64,000 nucleotides of DNA from the NCBI RefSeq assembly GCF_963921235.1, contig NC_086097.1:122700001-122764000 (forward strand), in the 5' to 3' direction. The translations under genes were made by a program, and so were the position numbers. The notes under the pieces were generated by a model. It saw only the letters and a list, made by a program, of their open reading frames with translations. It was not told the origin of the DNA and ran no database searches. Position 1 is the stretch's first letter, and each line of letters opens with the position of its first letter. Below, piece after piece: positions 48,138-61,950 of this stretch. Source of the stretch: Mobula hypostoma. Taxonomy: Eukaryota.

Positions 48138-51100
48138 ATCTAGGGGACTGGATTACTAATCGATTTGAGTAAGTATGACACCACAACACAGGAAACAGTG
48201 GTTCAACTGTACCTCCTCCACAATTCCATAAGCTCAGCAAATTGGAATTCCATTTTAAAGTGAAAAAACAGGATCAGAAAGTAGGAGCAGGAATCAGGAG
48301 ATTAGGAGCTGGACTATGCATATCAATACTCACTACTTTCTACAGATGTGTAGTTGAGAGAATCCTAACATGCTGTCTCATTGTATGGTTTGGAAATTGG
48401 ATTCCAGCTGGCACAAGGACTCTACAGCAGGTAGTTATAACTGCCCAGTGCATCACTGGCACCACCCTCCCCTCCCACAATTAAGGACATACAGCATATT
48501 TAGGAAAGTGCCAGAAAAAGGCCGGCAATATCAGTAATGATTCCACCAACCCTGCCTTTGGACTGTTTGCCCTACTCCTATCAGGGAAAAGCCTACACGG
48601 CATCCACACCTGGACCACTAGGTTCAAAAACAGTTACATTCCTCAAGAAGGCAGGCGGATCAACACCTCCACCCAGTAAAACTCCCCACCACCATTACAT
48701 CAAGACCATCCACTCCTCTCCACAGCCCCTCAGCATACTTCATCCCTTATACATCACTTTATGTAAATACAGTCTATGTATAGAAGCTAACCTTATGGCC
48801 ACACTCAGCAGTTACTTGTACATTGGGTTTTATAGGATTGCTTTTATATTTATATTTATTGTTTTCTTATGCTTATTGTGTCTTTTTATGCTGCACTGCA
48901 TCCAGAATAACAATCATTCCCTTCTTCTTTACACTCACGTGCTGAACAATGACAGTAGACAATCTTGAATCTTGAAATGGGCCGCTTAGTCCTTTGAGCT
49001 TTTGCCATTGTTTTCATCGTGTAATGATCTGGTAGTAATTTCAAATCAGCTCTGAAGAGCTGTCTGTACTTTGCCTCGGTTACCAGATCCATATCTTCAC
49101 TGAAAGCCTTCATCGTGCAGTTTCTGTGAGCAGCCGAGTAGAGTTTGGCTGGGGTCACCAGTCGGGACTCATTCCTCCACTACCTGTTCCTTCACACATG
49201 TACTGCAAGACATGAGGGCCCTGGGCAGGATTGTACAACAGAGAGAACTAGGGGTACAATCACATGATTATTATACATGAAATTTCTAGACAATCAGCAA
49301 CTTCTGAGATACTCAAGCCATCCCACCTGGCACCAACAATCACTCCAAAGCCAAAGTCGCTTAAATCACATTTCTTCCCCATTCTGATATTTGGTCGGAA
49401 CAACAATTGAACCTTTCGACTATGTCTGCTTGCTTTTATGCATTGAATTGCAGCCTCATGATTGAATGATTAGATGTTTGCATTAATAACCAGGTGTACC
49501 TCATGAAGTGGCTACTGTGTAGTTTCAGCAGTACCTTCCAAGGATTGCAGCTGTCCTGTGGATTTCTGGTTCAATTTGCAGAACCACTGTTGGTTATATG
49601 GGAAAATTGCCATCTTATATCAATGTCTAATTGGATATCCAATTTTACTTTCAGATGATGGGTCCTGTATTATGCAGGGCTGCTGGATTGTCTTCTGCAT
49701 ATTGTCTGTTTATCAGCCTTTGTGTGGAGTTTTTCATAAATTGCATCATATTCCTTTATTTCCATGTAAATACCTGCAAGAAAATGAATCTCAACATAGT
49801 ATATGGTGACATGTACTTTCATAATAAATTTACTTTGAACTTGTGAACTTTGAACCCATCATACTAGTTCTGCCACATGATATCTAGTCGTAACTCAAAG
49901 CTGCTTCTTTCTGAAAAAGAGGATTCTGAGTACATGCCCATTCCAGAGAATAAGGTATAAATACTTCACCCTGGGAACAGAAACAGAAATGGCAGAGATG
50001 AAGGAAATGAGAAAAGGGAATGGCAATTTTACAGATGACAGGATAGGAAGAATTATCCACCTATAAGTAGCTGCTCATGAAAAGAGAATTTAATATTTGA
50101 ATTAGTGCAAAGGAACTCTTATTGACCACTGATAAATTATCCATAAGCAGGTCATCTTAACTGTTTATTATTTAACTAGCATATTATAACGTGACATTAA
50201 CCAGTAATTGGTGAATCATTTCAAATCTGGACCTACCATGACAGAAGGAAGATTTTACTTGAGCATCTTACAAAATACTGGAGGAATTCAGCAGGTCAGG
50301 TAACATTAATGGAGAGGAATAAACAATCAACGTTTCAGGCTGAGACCCTTCATCTGGACTGGAAAGGAGAAGGGAAAGAGCCGGAATAAGAAGATTGGGG
50401 GGGGGCGGTGGGGGGGTGGAATGGAAGCTAGAAGGTGATAGTTGAAGCCAGGTGGGAGGGAGAGGTGATAGGTGGAAAAGGTAAAGGGCTGAAGAAGGAG
50501 AAATCTGACAGGAGAGGAGGGTGGACCATGGGAGAAAGAGCAGTAGGACGGATGTGATAGGCAGGTGAGGAGAAGAGAGGAGGTAAGAGGGGAGACTGGG
50601 GGGGGGGGAATGGAAGAAGAGAGAAGGGGAGGGGGAAATTTATTTCTTGATCTTATTTTCTTCAGTGAATAAAATCCCACTCAAATTTATAAAGCAGTTA
50701 CTGATAAGGCTGAAGTTTAAGTTCACATGCAGTTTGCTTACATAGAAGGAGGCTATTCAGCCCACTAGTTCCAATTAGTTCCTTGTTGCCCAGCCCTTTT
50801 CCCTCTATAGTAGCCCTACATGGATGTATGAGTATGATTTTTTTGGCTCTTTTGATCTCAGAGTCAGGCTGCAAGAAGGGGCAAGGTCTTATCAGTGACT
50901 GGACTCATATTGCTGTATCCTTCAACCATCAGTGCTCTGACCCACCGTGGATAACTTCACTCACCTCAACTCTGAACTGATTCCACAACCTATGGACTCA
51001 CTTTCAAGGACTCTACAATTCATGTTCTCATTAGTAATTATTACGTATTTATTTATGATAATTATCTTTGTACTTGCACAGTTTGTCTTCTTTTGCAGAT

Positions 51101-52832
51101 CGGATGTCCTTCTTTGTCTGTAGTTTTCATTGATTCTATTGTGTTTTTTTGAATCTACTGTGAATGCCTGCAAGAAAATGAATCTCTGGGTAGTATATAG
51201 TAACATATATGTACTCCAATAATAAATTTACTCTGAACTTTCAGTTTTGACATAATGCAGTTTGGAAAGGAAATGATATGTTGGACTTCATTGCAAGGGA
51301 CAGAAGAAAGATTGCTGCAATTCTTCTAGCAGGATTTTGTTGACATCACCCATGGATCCTCTGTGCAGTTTTGGATTTGGTAGCTTACGGATAGTGTAAT
51401 TTCCACAGAGTGTTTGAATGATTGAGCGTCTTTTCCTGAGACAGAGTTTCCTCTGGTTGGGGCCTTTTAAATTAGCTGGCATGGACTCAAAATAAGGATC
51501 CAACCACGTAGAGGAGAGAATAGTAGAATTATTTAGTGGCATGTTGGGACCCTGTATCACAGAGAGTTATGGATGATCAAACATTGTGAGTAAGTGACCT
51601 TAAGACCATGAAACTCAAGAGAAATGGGGATCAGTCGAGAAAGAAGGTAAGCCACAGGATCAACCATGATATTATTGAGTTAAGGAGCTGGCTGAAGTGC
51701 TGGATAGCTTATAGTCCTGACACCTTGGCCTGAAACATCAACTGCTTATTCCCCTCAGTGGATGCTGCCTGACCTGCTGAATTCCTCCGGCATTTTGAAT
51801 TTCCAGTATCTGATAGTTTATGTTTGCTCCTAATTCTAATGTTCTTGTTTGTGTTTACTATATCTAGTTGACCACCCAGGGAAGGTAAACCTTAATGTTT
51901 CATTGTTTGGCAAGGGTATCACCAGGATAATGGAGAGGGAATTTACAACCGAGTTCTGATAATCAATATAACCCTGTAGAAGATAAAGAGAATTTTTCTT
52001 TGCACAACGAATAAACACGATGGAAGAAACTGCCTGAAATAACTGGGGCAGCAGATTTATTTTCAAAGGAATACATACTTGAAAAAATAAATATATTCAT
52101 GACAAAGAATAAAGAACAGAAGTATCATGATTAGTTAGCTCTTCCAGTGGCTGCCTTCTATGCAGTACAATTCAGTGTTCTATGCAGTGAGCTTGATTGT
52201 CTGTTACTGATCATTTCTTGCAGATTTATGTATACAGTTTCTGATTATTTTTCTGCATTTTGTTCTTCGAACTTTTCCCATTATTCGTTAAATTGAAGTT
52301 GATTTTCATAATTCTCTAGCTGGACAAATTATTAGTTACACAGGGGTTGGAAGGAAAATGTATTATCATATAATGTATGTTTTCCATGGCTAGATTTTCT
52401 AGTAATGACCAATTTGTAAATCCAGAAACATTGTGAAAATCACAAAGAGGGTGAGCAGGAAGCACTACTTCAGTGAAGCGAAGAGTAGTGAAATCTGCCA
52501 GAAACTTTTGATAATTAATTTATAAGATTTCTTTTCCTCTTTACAAAATAAGGACATGCTTCATTCACACTCTGTTGCTCAGTAGGTCAGTGATCTTATT
52601 TAATTCTTTTTTTCCCATTTTGCACATGATTATTAAATTCCCATTTTCAAAAGCAAAATATTGCAGATTCTGGAATCTGAAGTAATAGCAGGAAAGGTAT
52701 CATAAAAGATCATTAAGCTAAAAAGCAAGTTCAGTTTCTCTCAACACTGATGCTGTCTGACGCACTGAGTACTTCCAGCATCTTACATTTTCATGCCAGT
52801 GTGTTCTACTTTTAATTTCTATTTGTGGTATT

Positions 52833-53135
52833 GCACGGTAGCATGGTGGTTAGTGCAATCACTTTGTAGCACCAACAATCACTGATCAGGGTTCGATTCC
52901 TGCCACTCCACTGCCTGTAAGGAGATGGTTCATTCTTCCCATGAACACGTGAGCTTCCTGTGGTGATCCGATTTCCTCCCACATTCTAAAGACTTATAGT
53001 TAGGGTTAGAGAGTTGTGCACATGGTATGTCAGGAGGATATGGAGGGCTATGGTGCTAGGCAGAATAACAGTTCGGCACAGTCTAGATGGGCCAAATGGC
53101 CTGTTTCTGTACTGTAGTGCCCTATGATTCTATGA
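52833..53135 (+). mobile_element. tRNA-derived V-SINE-like element (related pieces on minus at ~13150-13300, 29870-29980, 55480-55730)
   Basis: gcacggtagcatggtggttag (A-box-like), gggttcgattcc (B-box), tttcctccccacattctaaagac core, CR1-type 3' end. Confidence 0.65.
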
Positions 53136-56029
53136 CCCTTTGTTTTAAGCTAATTTTATTATCAGCTCCTTGTAGATGTGATCGGTCAAGTCCCTTTAAA
53201 ACTTGAACCAGTCAGCCTCCAGAAACATCGAGGAGCTAACAGCTTACAGCCTCACAGCCAAACTACCTGCATTTCCTTTTTGTTCAAAATAGATCATCAA
53301 TAAAATTCAGATAAGAGAAAAATAGTAAAAACCAGTTAATGCTTCTGTTCTGCTGCCATCTAATTCCCTTTATGAACGTCCTTTGTATTCCCAACTACAG
53401 TTCACTTTGCATTGCCTGCACAAGCTTAGAATTGATACTCCAAATATGTAATTCTGTATAAAGTTTGGGCTTGTTTTACCTCCTAGAAGCATTTTAGTAT
53501 CCTTTTCTTCTTTACTTTTGTCTGACATTCTGTGCTTTCCCATAAAAAGTAGTATTAGAAGGTGATTTGGCAAGCCTAGATGAGGCCATATCTTGGGAAC
53601 TATAAAGATGACTGAAAGAGGAAGGTGATTGCACTGGACAAGACAATGGGAAACTGGATTCAAATTTTTTTTTTAAATGCAGATGCTGGAATTTCTGAAA
53701 CAGAAACAGAAACTGCTGAAAATATTCAGCAAAAGTGATTAAGGGGCTTGATCCTGAAATGTTAACTTAGTTTCTCTTCAGACAGATGTAGGCTGATGTG
53801 CTGAGAATTTGAACTTTGACTTTGATTCCCTTCTCCACTGAAATATTTCTCTATACACGTGAGTGATATCTTTGAAGATACAACTTCATCACTAGCCAAA
53901 GTAATGTGCAGTAATACCACATACATGACGTTATTAGTCCCCAGGCACTCTCAGACAGCTCTGATAAGTGCACCCTGAGACTTCCAGGTTGAAACTCTAA
54001 GACACAGTTTTGGTCTGCATCAGTTGCCTTAGGAACACCATGACAAAGCTTTACGCACACTCAAGCCATGATTGAACAGCAGAGTGGATTTGACTGGCAG
54101 AGTGGATTCTGCTGCTATGTCTTTTGTGGTCAAAGTTTCCTATATGCAGATTGACCCCCATTACACAAAGGTATGTTCCACTATGGCATTTCTCAGCAAC
54201 AACTGGTGATCAGTCAGAGAAGGGGCACAGATTAGGCACTGATCCCACAGAAACTAGAAAAGAGGCAGCCATGTTGAGGGAGCCATCATGCTTAGTGGCC
54301 GGATCAATACTTCAGTACTCAAGAAAGAGATGAGATGCAGGCATGGGATGGGGTTCTTGGTTTTTGTACCACATGAGTTTGCTAAGTAGCCATTCTAAGC
54401 ATTCATCCTAAGTAGTAATTCTTCAGATATTTTAGTAAGCACTTCATAGCAGGAAAATCCTCATCACACATGAAACAATGTGAAGGTACATCAGGAGAAC
54501 TGTACAACTTCCAAACATTTGAATAGATTTAAAAATATTTTGTTGTGGTCATTAAAAAGAACAAAGGGGGCAATTGCACGTAAAAGGAAATAATTCAAAT
54601 TGAATCCAATTGGACATTGTGGGCAATGTGACTAATAGTTGTGCTGTGTTCTGTTTGGTTGTGTTCTGAGTTACTCTGCCAAGCACGGTGGGTACGCTAT
54701 GTTGGCATCAGAATGTGTGGCAACACTTGCCGGCTGTCCCTAACACACCCCCGGGTGTTGGTTGTTAACACAAATGACACATTTCACTGCATGCTTCGAC
54801 GTACACATGATAAATAAACTTGAACTTTGAATCATGAACTTTAAAGGTATGCCTGCCTCCTTGTTTGAAGGATGTCAATGGGTGCTGGATTTTCAGAGCA
54901 GATACTCAATCCTGGTAAACGGTGATCAATTTTGAAATGTTGGGCCCCTGCTGTTCAGGTATTTTTTTCTGAACATTCAAAGTAATTGAGGGTCTTTAGC
55001 ACATTAGTGTGCCTGGTTCTGTATGAGCACTATTTATCAATGGTTAAATGTAAATTCAAAAACATCCAGCCATAATTTTAGCATTTTAAAAAAGCTGGTT
55101 GCAATTTATTCTCTTCTATTCATTAATTATTTGTCTAATTGCTAATTATTTAATTGATAATAACGATCTGGTGGAGTGGAATATTGACAATGAAAGTGTA
55201 GAAACGGATCTAAGTCATCTATTGATGTCACACAGGACAGTAAGAAGATGATAATGAGGAGGCAGCCAAGGATTAATCAGTAGGGGCAACACCGGAGCTA
55301 TTGGAACACAAGTGCGGAAAGGAAACATTACTGGAAATTCTCCAGGGAACTATGTAGCCACCCATGGCAAAGCAAGTGCACTAGATTGTAGAAAGTATGA
55401 TTTAATTTATCATGTTATTGGGATGCCAATGAGGTGGGGAAATGCAATCTACCAGCTTTAATCTTATCTATTTATCTTGTTTTTATTTGGAGGTACGTCA
55501 TGGTAACAGGGTTTTTCAGCCCAATAAGCCTGCGCCACGCGGTTACGCCCATGTGACCAATTAGCCTACTAACCTCTACATCTTTGGAATATGGAAGGAA
55601 ACCGGAGTACCCAGAGGAAACCCCCATGCGATCACACGGAGATATACAATTTCACCACAGACAGCAGGAGAGCTGAGCACAGGTTACTGGCACTATAGTG
55701 GCTTTATGCTAATCCAACATTATTGTGCCATTCCCCCTCTCAGTCTTGTGTAAACCTCCTTAATATAAAGGCATGAATGGAATTTGGTGGAAAGGGGAAG
55801 TAAACTGAGAGTGAGGGGTTTGCATTGTCAGGTAATACAATGAGTAATGGACTTACAGCATCCCTTCATTAAGTTTCAAATTCCTAGGTGTAAATATCAC
55901 CAATAACTCAAATTGGGTCTACTCTGCTTCCTCTGAAGTTTAGGAGGAATTCAGTATGTCCCAAATGACCGTCTAAAATATCCTATAGAAAGCATCCCAT
56001 CTGGATGCATCATGACTTTGTATGGCATT

Positions 56030-56460
56030 TGCTGCCTGGATTGGAGAGCATGTCTTATTAGTATAGACTGAGCGAGCTAGGATTGTCCTTGCTGAAGCAA
56101 AGGAAAATGAGAATGATAGGGGTGTACAAGATTATAAGGGGCATAGATAGAGTGGACAGCCAGAGACATTTTTCAAAGACAGTAATGATAATACAAGGGG
56201 GCATAATTTTAAAGAGATTGGAAGAAGGTATAGGTCAATGTCACGGGTAAGCTTTTTACCAACAGAATGGTACACTCTGTCAGGGGCAGTGGTAGAGCCA
56301 GATACATTACAGACATTTAGGAAACTCTTAGATAGGTACATTGATGATAGAAAAATGGAGGGCTATGTAGGAGGGAAGGGTTAGATTGATCTTATAGTTA
56401 GTTAAAATTTTGGCACAGCATTATGGATCAATTACTTTGCTGTAATTGCTATTTTCTATG
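56030..56460 (+). mobile_element. CR1 3' fragment
   Basis: ctgcctggattggagagcatgtctta...gtacaagattataaggggcatagatagagtggacag. Confidence 0.75.
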
Positions 56461-57069
56461 CCCAAGATTGCTAGAAATTGCAGAGAAGTATGAACACAGC
56501 CAAGTCTATGAGGAAAACAAGCCTCCTCTCCAATGATCTGCTTTGGGAAAGCAGCTAATATAATCAAGAACACAAAATAATCTGCAGATGCTGGGGTCAA
56601 AGCAACACTCACAACACACTGGAGGTACTCAGCAGGTCGGGCAGCATCCTTGGAAACGATGAGTCGACACTTCAGGCCGGAACCCCCTTTGTCAGGACTT
56701 TAGAGGGAAGGGGCAGAGGCCCTATAAAGAAGGTGGGGGGACCACCTTTTGAGTGAGCTGCAGGCATGCTATGTTGACAATGGAAGCATGGCAAAACTTG
56801 CGGACTGCCCAGAACAATCCTTACTGATTTGATTTGGAAGTTCAAAAGTTCAAAGTAAGTTTATTATCAAAGTACATATACATATATCACCACATACTAC
56901 TCTGAGATTCATTTTCTTCTTGAAAGATACAACGAATCAAAATAGAATCAATGAAAAACTGCACTTGTGAAAAAGATGACAAACTGTGTAAATAAAAAAA
57001 AAAATAAATAAATAACATCGAGAACATCTGTTGCAGAGTCCTTAAAGTTGAGTGCATTGGTTGTGGAAT

Positions 57070-59109
57070 CATAGAAACATAGAAACATAGAAAATAGGTG
57101 CAGGAGTAGGCCATTCGGCCCTTCGAGCCTGCACCGCCATTTATTATGATCATGGCTGATCATCCAACTCAGAACCCCGCCCCAGCCTTCTCTCCATACC
57201 CCCTGATCCCTGTAGCCACAAGGGCCATATCTAACTCCCTCTTAAATATAGCCAATGAACTGGCCTCAACTGTTTCCTGTGGCAGAGAATTCCACAGATT
57301 CAACACTTTCTGTGTGAAGAAGTTTTTCCTAATCTCGGTCCTAAAAGGCTTCCCCTTTATCCTCAAACTGTGACCCCTTGTTCTGGACTTCCCCAACATC
57401 GGGAACAATCTTCCTGCATCTAGCCTGTCCAATCCCTTTAGGATTTTATACGTTTCAATCAGCTCCCCCCTCAATCTTCTAAATTCCAACGAGTACAAGC
57501 CCAGTTCATCCAGTCTTTCTTCATATGAAAGTCCTGCCATCCCAGGAATCAATCTGGTGAACCTTCTTTGTACTCCCTCTATGGCAAGGATGTCTTTCCT
57601 CAGATTAGGGGACCAAAACTGCACACAATACTCCAGGTGTGGTCTCAGCAAGGCCTTGTACAACTGCAGTAGTACCTCCCTGCTCCTGTACTCGAATCCT
57701 CTCGCTATAAATGCCAGCATACCATTCGCCTTTTTCACCGCCTGCTGTACCTGCATGCCCACTTTCAATGACTGGTGTATAATGACACCCAGGTCTCGTT
57801 GCACCTCCTCTTTTCCTAATCGGCCACCATTCAGATAATAATCTGTTTTCCTATTTTTGCCATCAAAGTGGATAACTTCACATTTATCCACATTAAATTG
57901 CATCTGCCATGAATTTGCCCACTCACCCAACCTATCCAAGTCAGTCTGCATCCTCTTAGCATCCTCCGCACAGCTAACACTGCCACCCAGCTTCGTGTCA
58001 TCCGCAAACTTGGAGATGCTGCATTTAATTCCCTCATCCAAGTCATTAATATATATTGTAAACAACTGGGGTCCCAGCACTGAGCCTTGCGGTACCCCAC
58101 TAGTCACTGCCTGCCATTCTGAAAAGGTCCCGTTTATTCCCACTCTTTGCTTCCTGTCTGCCAACCAATTCTCCATCCACATCAATACCTTACCCCCAAT
58201 ACCATGTGCTTTTAGTTTGCACACTAATTTCCTGTGAGGGACCTTGTCAAAAGCCTTTTGAAAATCCAAATATACCACATCCACTGGTTCTCCCCTATCC
58301 ACTCTACTAGTTACATCCTCAGAAAATTCTATGAGATTCGTCAGACATGATTTTCCTTTCACAAATCCATGCTGACTTTGTCCAATGATTTCACCGCTTT
58401 CCAAATGTGCTGTTATCACATCTTTGATAACTGACTCCAGCAGTTTCCCCACCACCGACGTTAGGCTAACCGGTCTATAATTCTCCGGTTTCTCTCTCCC
58501 TCCTTTTTTAAAAAGTGGGGTTACATTAGCCACCCTCCAATCCTCAGGAACTAGTCCAGAATCTAACGAGTTTTGAAAAATTATCACTAATGCATCCACT
58601 ATTTCTTGGGCTACTTCCTTAAGCACTCTAGGATGTAGACCATCTGGCCCTGGGGATTTATCTGCCTTCAATCCCTTCAATTTACCTAACACCACTTCCC
58701 TACTAACATGTATTTCGCTCAGTTCCTCCATCTCACTGGACCCTCTGTGCCCTACTATTTCTGGAAGATTATTTATGTCTTCCTTAGTGAAGACAGAACC
58801 AAAGTAATTATTCAATTGGTCTGCCATGTCCTTGCTCCCCATAATCAATTCACCTGTTTCTGTCTGCAGGGGACATACATTTGTCTTTACCAGTCTTTTC
58901 CTTTTTACATATCTATAAAAGCTTTTACAGTCTGTTTTTATGTTCCCCGCCAGTTTTCTCTCATAATCTTTTTTCCCCTTCCTAATTAAGCCCTTTGTCC
59001 TCCTCTGCTGAACTCTGAATTTCTCCCAGTCCTCAGGTGAGCCACTTTCTCTGGCTAATTCGTATGCTTCTTCTTTGGAATTGATACTATCCTTAATTTC
59101 TCTTGTCAG
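57070..59109 (-). mobile_element. 5'-truncated CR1, same young subfamily as 40369-45238; RT frame open (57169..58848)
   Basis: Nearly identical to 40369-42401; FADD motif; (TTTCTATG)n tail. Confidence 0.96.
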
Positions 59110-61137
59110 AGAAATCGATTCAGGGTTGAGGTGAATTAAGTTATGCAGGCTGGTTCAAGAGCCAAATGGTTGAGGGGTAATGCAAAAAAAGCTTTCCACT
59201 GTACCTCAGCACATGCAACAATAATTACTGCTCAGCATTTTACACAAGCTTCTCTATCAACATCCTGAAGTATTGATCCTGTTTCTCTCTCCACAGTTGC
59301 TGTCTAATCTGTTGAATATTTCCAGTGTCCCTCTGTTTTCATTTCCCATCAACATCACCTTCCAGTTCATTTACAAACAATGGACGCAGGTGGTTGATAC
59401 CTACTGTCCTTTGGATGCAGTGAGGGACTAGGTGGTATTTATTGGTATACAAGTGCAGGCAGACATCTGGCAATATATTGTTGTTGCAAACACTACTGAT
59501 ACCTATGCATAATGAAATTACAATGCCTATTAGAATGTAGCTTGTCTGAGCACTCCATATACTTTTAGCAATCGTCCATTCAAAAATTTTACAATGACAG
59601 TGAAAGCTGCGTGGGAATGTCTTTAAAGCGGAAATGTTGTTGCATTGGTGCAGTTCCACTCTCTTGATCTCCAGATGTTGGGTCCAGTGCGATGAGTAGT
59701 TATCACAACTGGGGTAGAAGTAATTTGATACAAATGGTTTAGCATATCAGTATTCTTTATCGAATCCACCTCCTACATTTTATTAAGACCATAAGACATG
59801 GGAGCAAAATTAGGCCATTCAGTTCATCAGCTCTGCCCTGCCATTCCATCATGGTTAATTCTTTGAAATCATGAATGCTGCTCTTTTATGTACATACAAA
59901 AATATATGGAACTAAAGCTGAGTTGCAAAACTGTCCATTGCTAAATACTGAGATGAATCTGTGAGAGGACAGGGAGATGTAAGTCTGCTTAATTTCCAAT
60001 GAATCAAATAGATACTGCAAAGATCATTAAGATTATCTTACTAGAAGAAATTCAATTTAATACAGATCTATTTTCGGAAGCATATTATCTGCTGAATCAC
60101 CAGCAGACAGTGCTTCAGAGAGGAGAAATATCCACTTAGTTCTCCCACTCTGCTGATGGTCCTGTCATCCTCATCACACATGCAGGCTTTGAGAAGAGAT
60201 GGCCTATCCCTGATGGATGGCAGGAAAGAATTGGTTAGCGTATCTCTTTCATGCAGTGGCCAATGAAGGCGAAATGTGAGGAAGATGTTTAACTAGTCCT
60301 ACTCTCAGGTTGGAGCAGCAACACTTCATATTCCATCTGAGTAGCCATTAACGGCACCGGAATGTGTGGTGATAGCTGCAGACTGCCCCCAGCACATTTC
60401 ACTGTATGTTTGTATGTACACATGATAAACTATCTTGAATCTTGGATCCCGAATCTTGAAGCTCTGTTCTGAATGACAGATCCCATCCTTTGACACACTG
60501 GCCCTCAGCCAGGAGAAATATCCAATTTGCAGCCACCCTATCAAGCTGCTTAAGAATATTGATCATTTCAATCAAGTCACCTCTCATCCTTCTAAACTCA
60601 GAAGAATAATTCTGATGAAGGGTCTTTGACCTGATACATTAACTCTGTTCCTCTTCCCACAGATGCAGCCTGACTCACTGGGCATTTCCAGCATTTCTGA
60701 TGGTTATTCAAGATGATAAAGGATCACTCTGCTTAACCTCTCCTCATATAGCAACTTGCCAGCTCAGCAGTCAGTAGGATGTATCTTCCTACGTTGCAAA
60801 TATATTCTTTTTTAGCTGAGGAGAGCAGACCCACACACAATGTTATTGATGCAATCTCACCAAAGCCCGGTACAGTTGCAACAGGTATTCAAACTGCTTG
60901 CAATTTTGACAAAATAACATGATTTCCTATCAGTTTACTCAAAGTTCTAAGTAAATTTATCATCAAAGCATAAATGTGCTACTGTATACTACCCTGAGAT
61001 CTATTTTTCTTGCAGGCATTGACAGTAGAACAAAGAAATACAATGGAAAATCTACACACAATAAAAGACTGATAAAAATGCATAAAAGAAGACAAACTTT
61101 GAAAATACAAACAAAATCAAATAATAATAATTATAAC

Positions 61138-61950
61138 ATCCCCACGATCTGAGCAGATAAGATGTCCACAAGGAAGCGTTGGACATCTGGCTCAGAGTTG
61201 GAGACCTCTTCTTAGAAACAGAAGAGTTCCTCATGGCAATACAGAACTAGATGGTTAATACAAAAGTGATCAAAAATACTTAATAAAGACTGAAAAATTC
61301 AAGATGATAAATGCAGAAAATGCCGAGAGAAACCAGAAACAATCTAACACATTACAGGATCCTGCAGCAGTTTAACTCAATCTGATTACTTACACAGGCA
61401 CGATCAAGTGGCAAACATCATTCATCAAAATCTTGCTTTAAAATAGAAGCTCAAAAAAGAAACTTAATCTTACTATAAATACAAGCCTGATCTAGTTTTA
61501 GAGTCAGAGTCCCACATTATATTATGACCAATACATTATTATAGAAAGGACAACTATCTGGATATAATAATGCAGGATAAATAAGCCAGAACAACTTGCT
61601 TAATAGATATAGCCATTCCAAACACACACAACATACAGAAATCAATAAGCAAAAAATACTAGAAATATGTTGAAATAAAAGAAGAAATTGAAAGACTATG
61701 AAACGTGAAGAGGGTATACATTTTCCCGATAGTAATATCAACAATTGATATCATCACAATGTCACTACAAAATAGCATTAAACAATTAGGCCTAAACAGC
61801 AATATTTATGTAAATCTCCAGAAAGCCATAATATTAAACACTACTAGAATAGTTTGAAAGTCCCTAGCAATTGAGGAATTAGTGTGCTTGGCTAATGCCC
61901 GTACCTTAGGCTTTACCAGTTTGAGGTGAGAAAAACATAATAATAATAAT
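61138..61950 (+). mobile_element. R4/Dong-like non-LTR retrotransposon 3' fragment (CCHC knuckle plus restriction-like endonuclease)
   Basis: WLRVGDLFLETEEFLMAIQ, DKCRKCREKPETI*HITGSC, YLHRHDQVANIIH, LIDIAIP, KYVEIKEEI, LQKAIILNTTRI; (TAA)n on both flanks. Confidence 0.85.

Noticed and set aside
59355..59430. Possible plus-strand exon FIYKQWTQVVDTYCPLDA
   Set aside because: Short, weak splice signals, and no recognisable homology.
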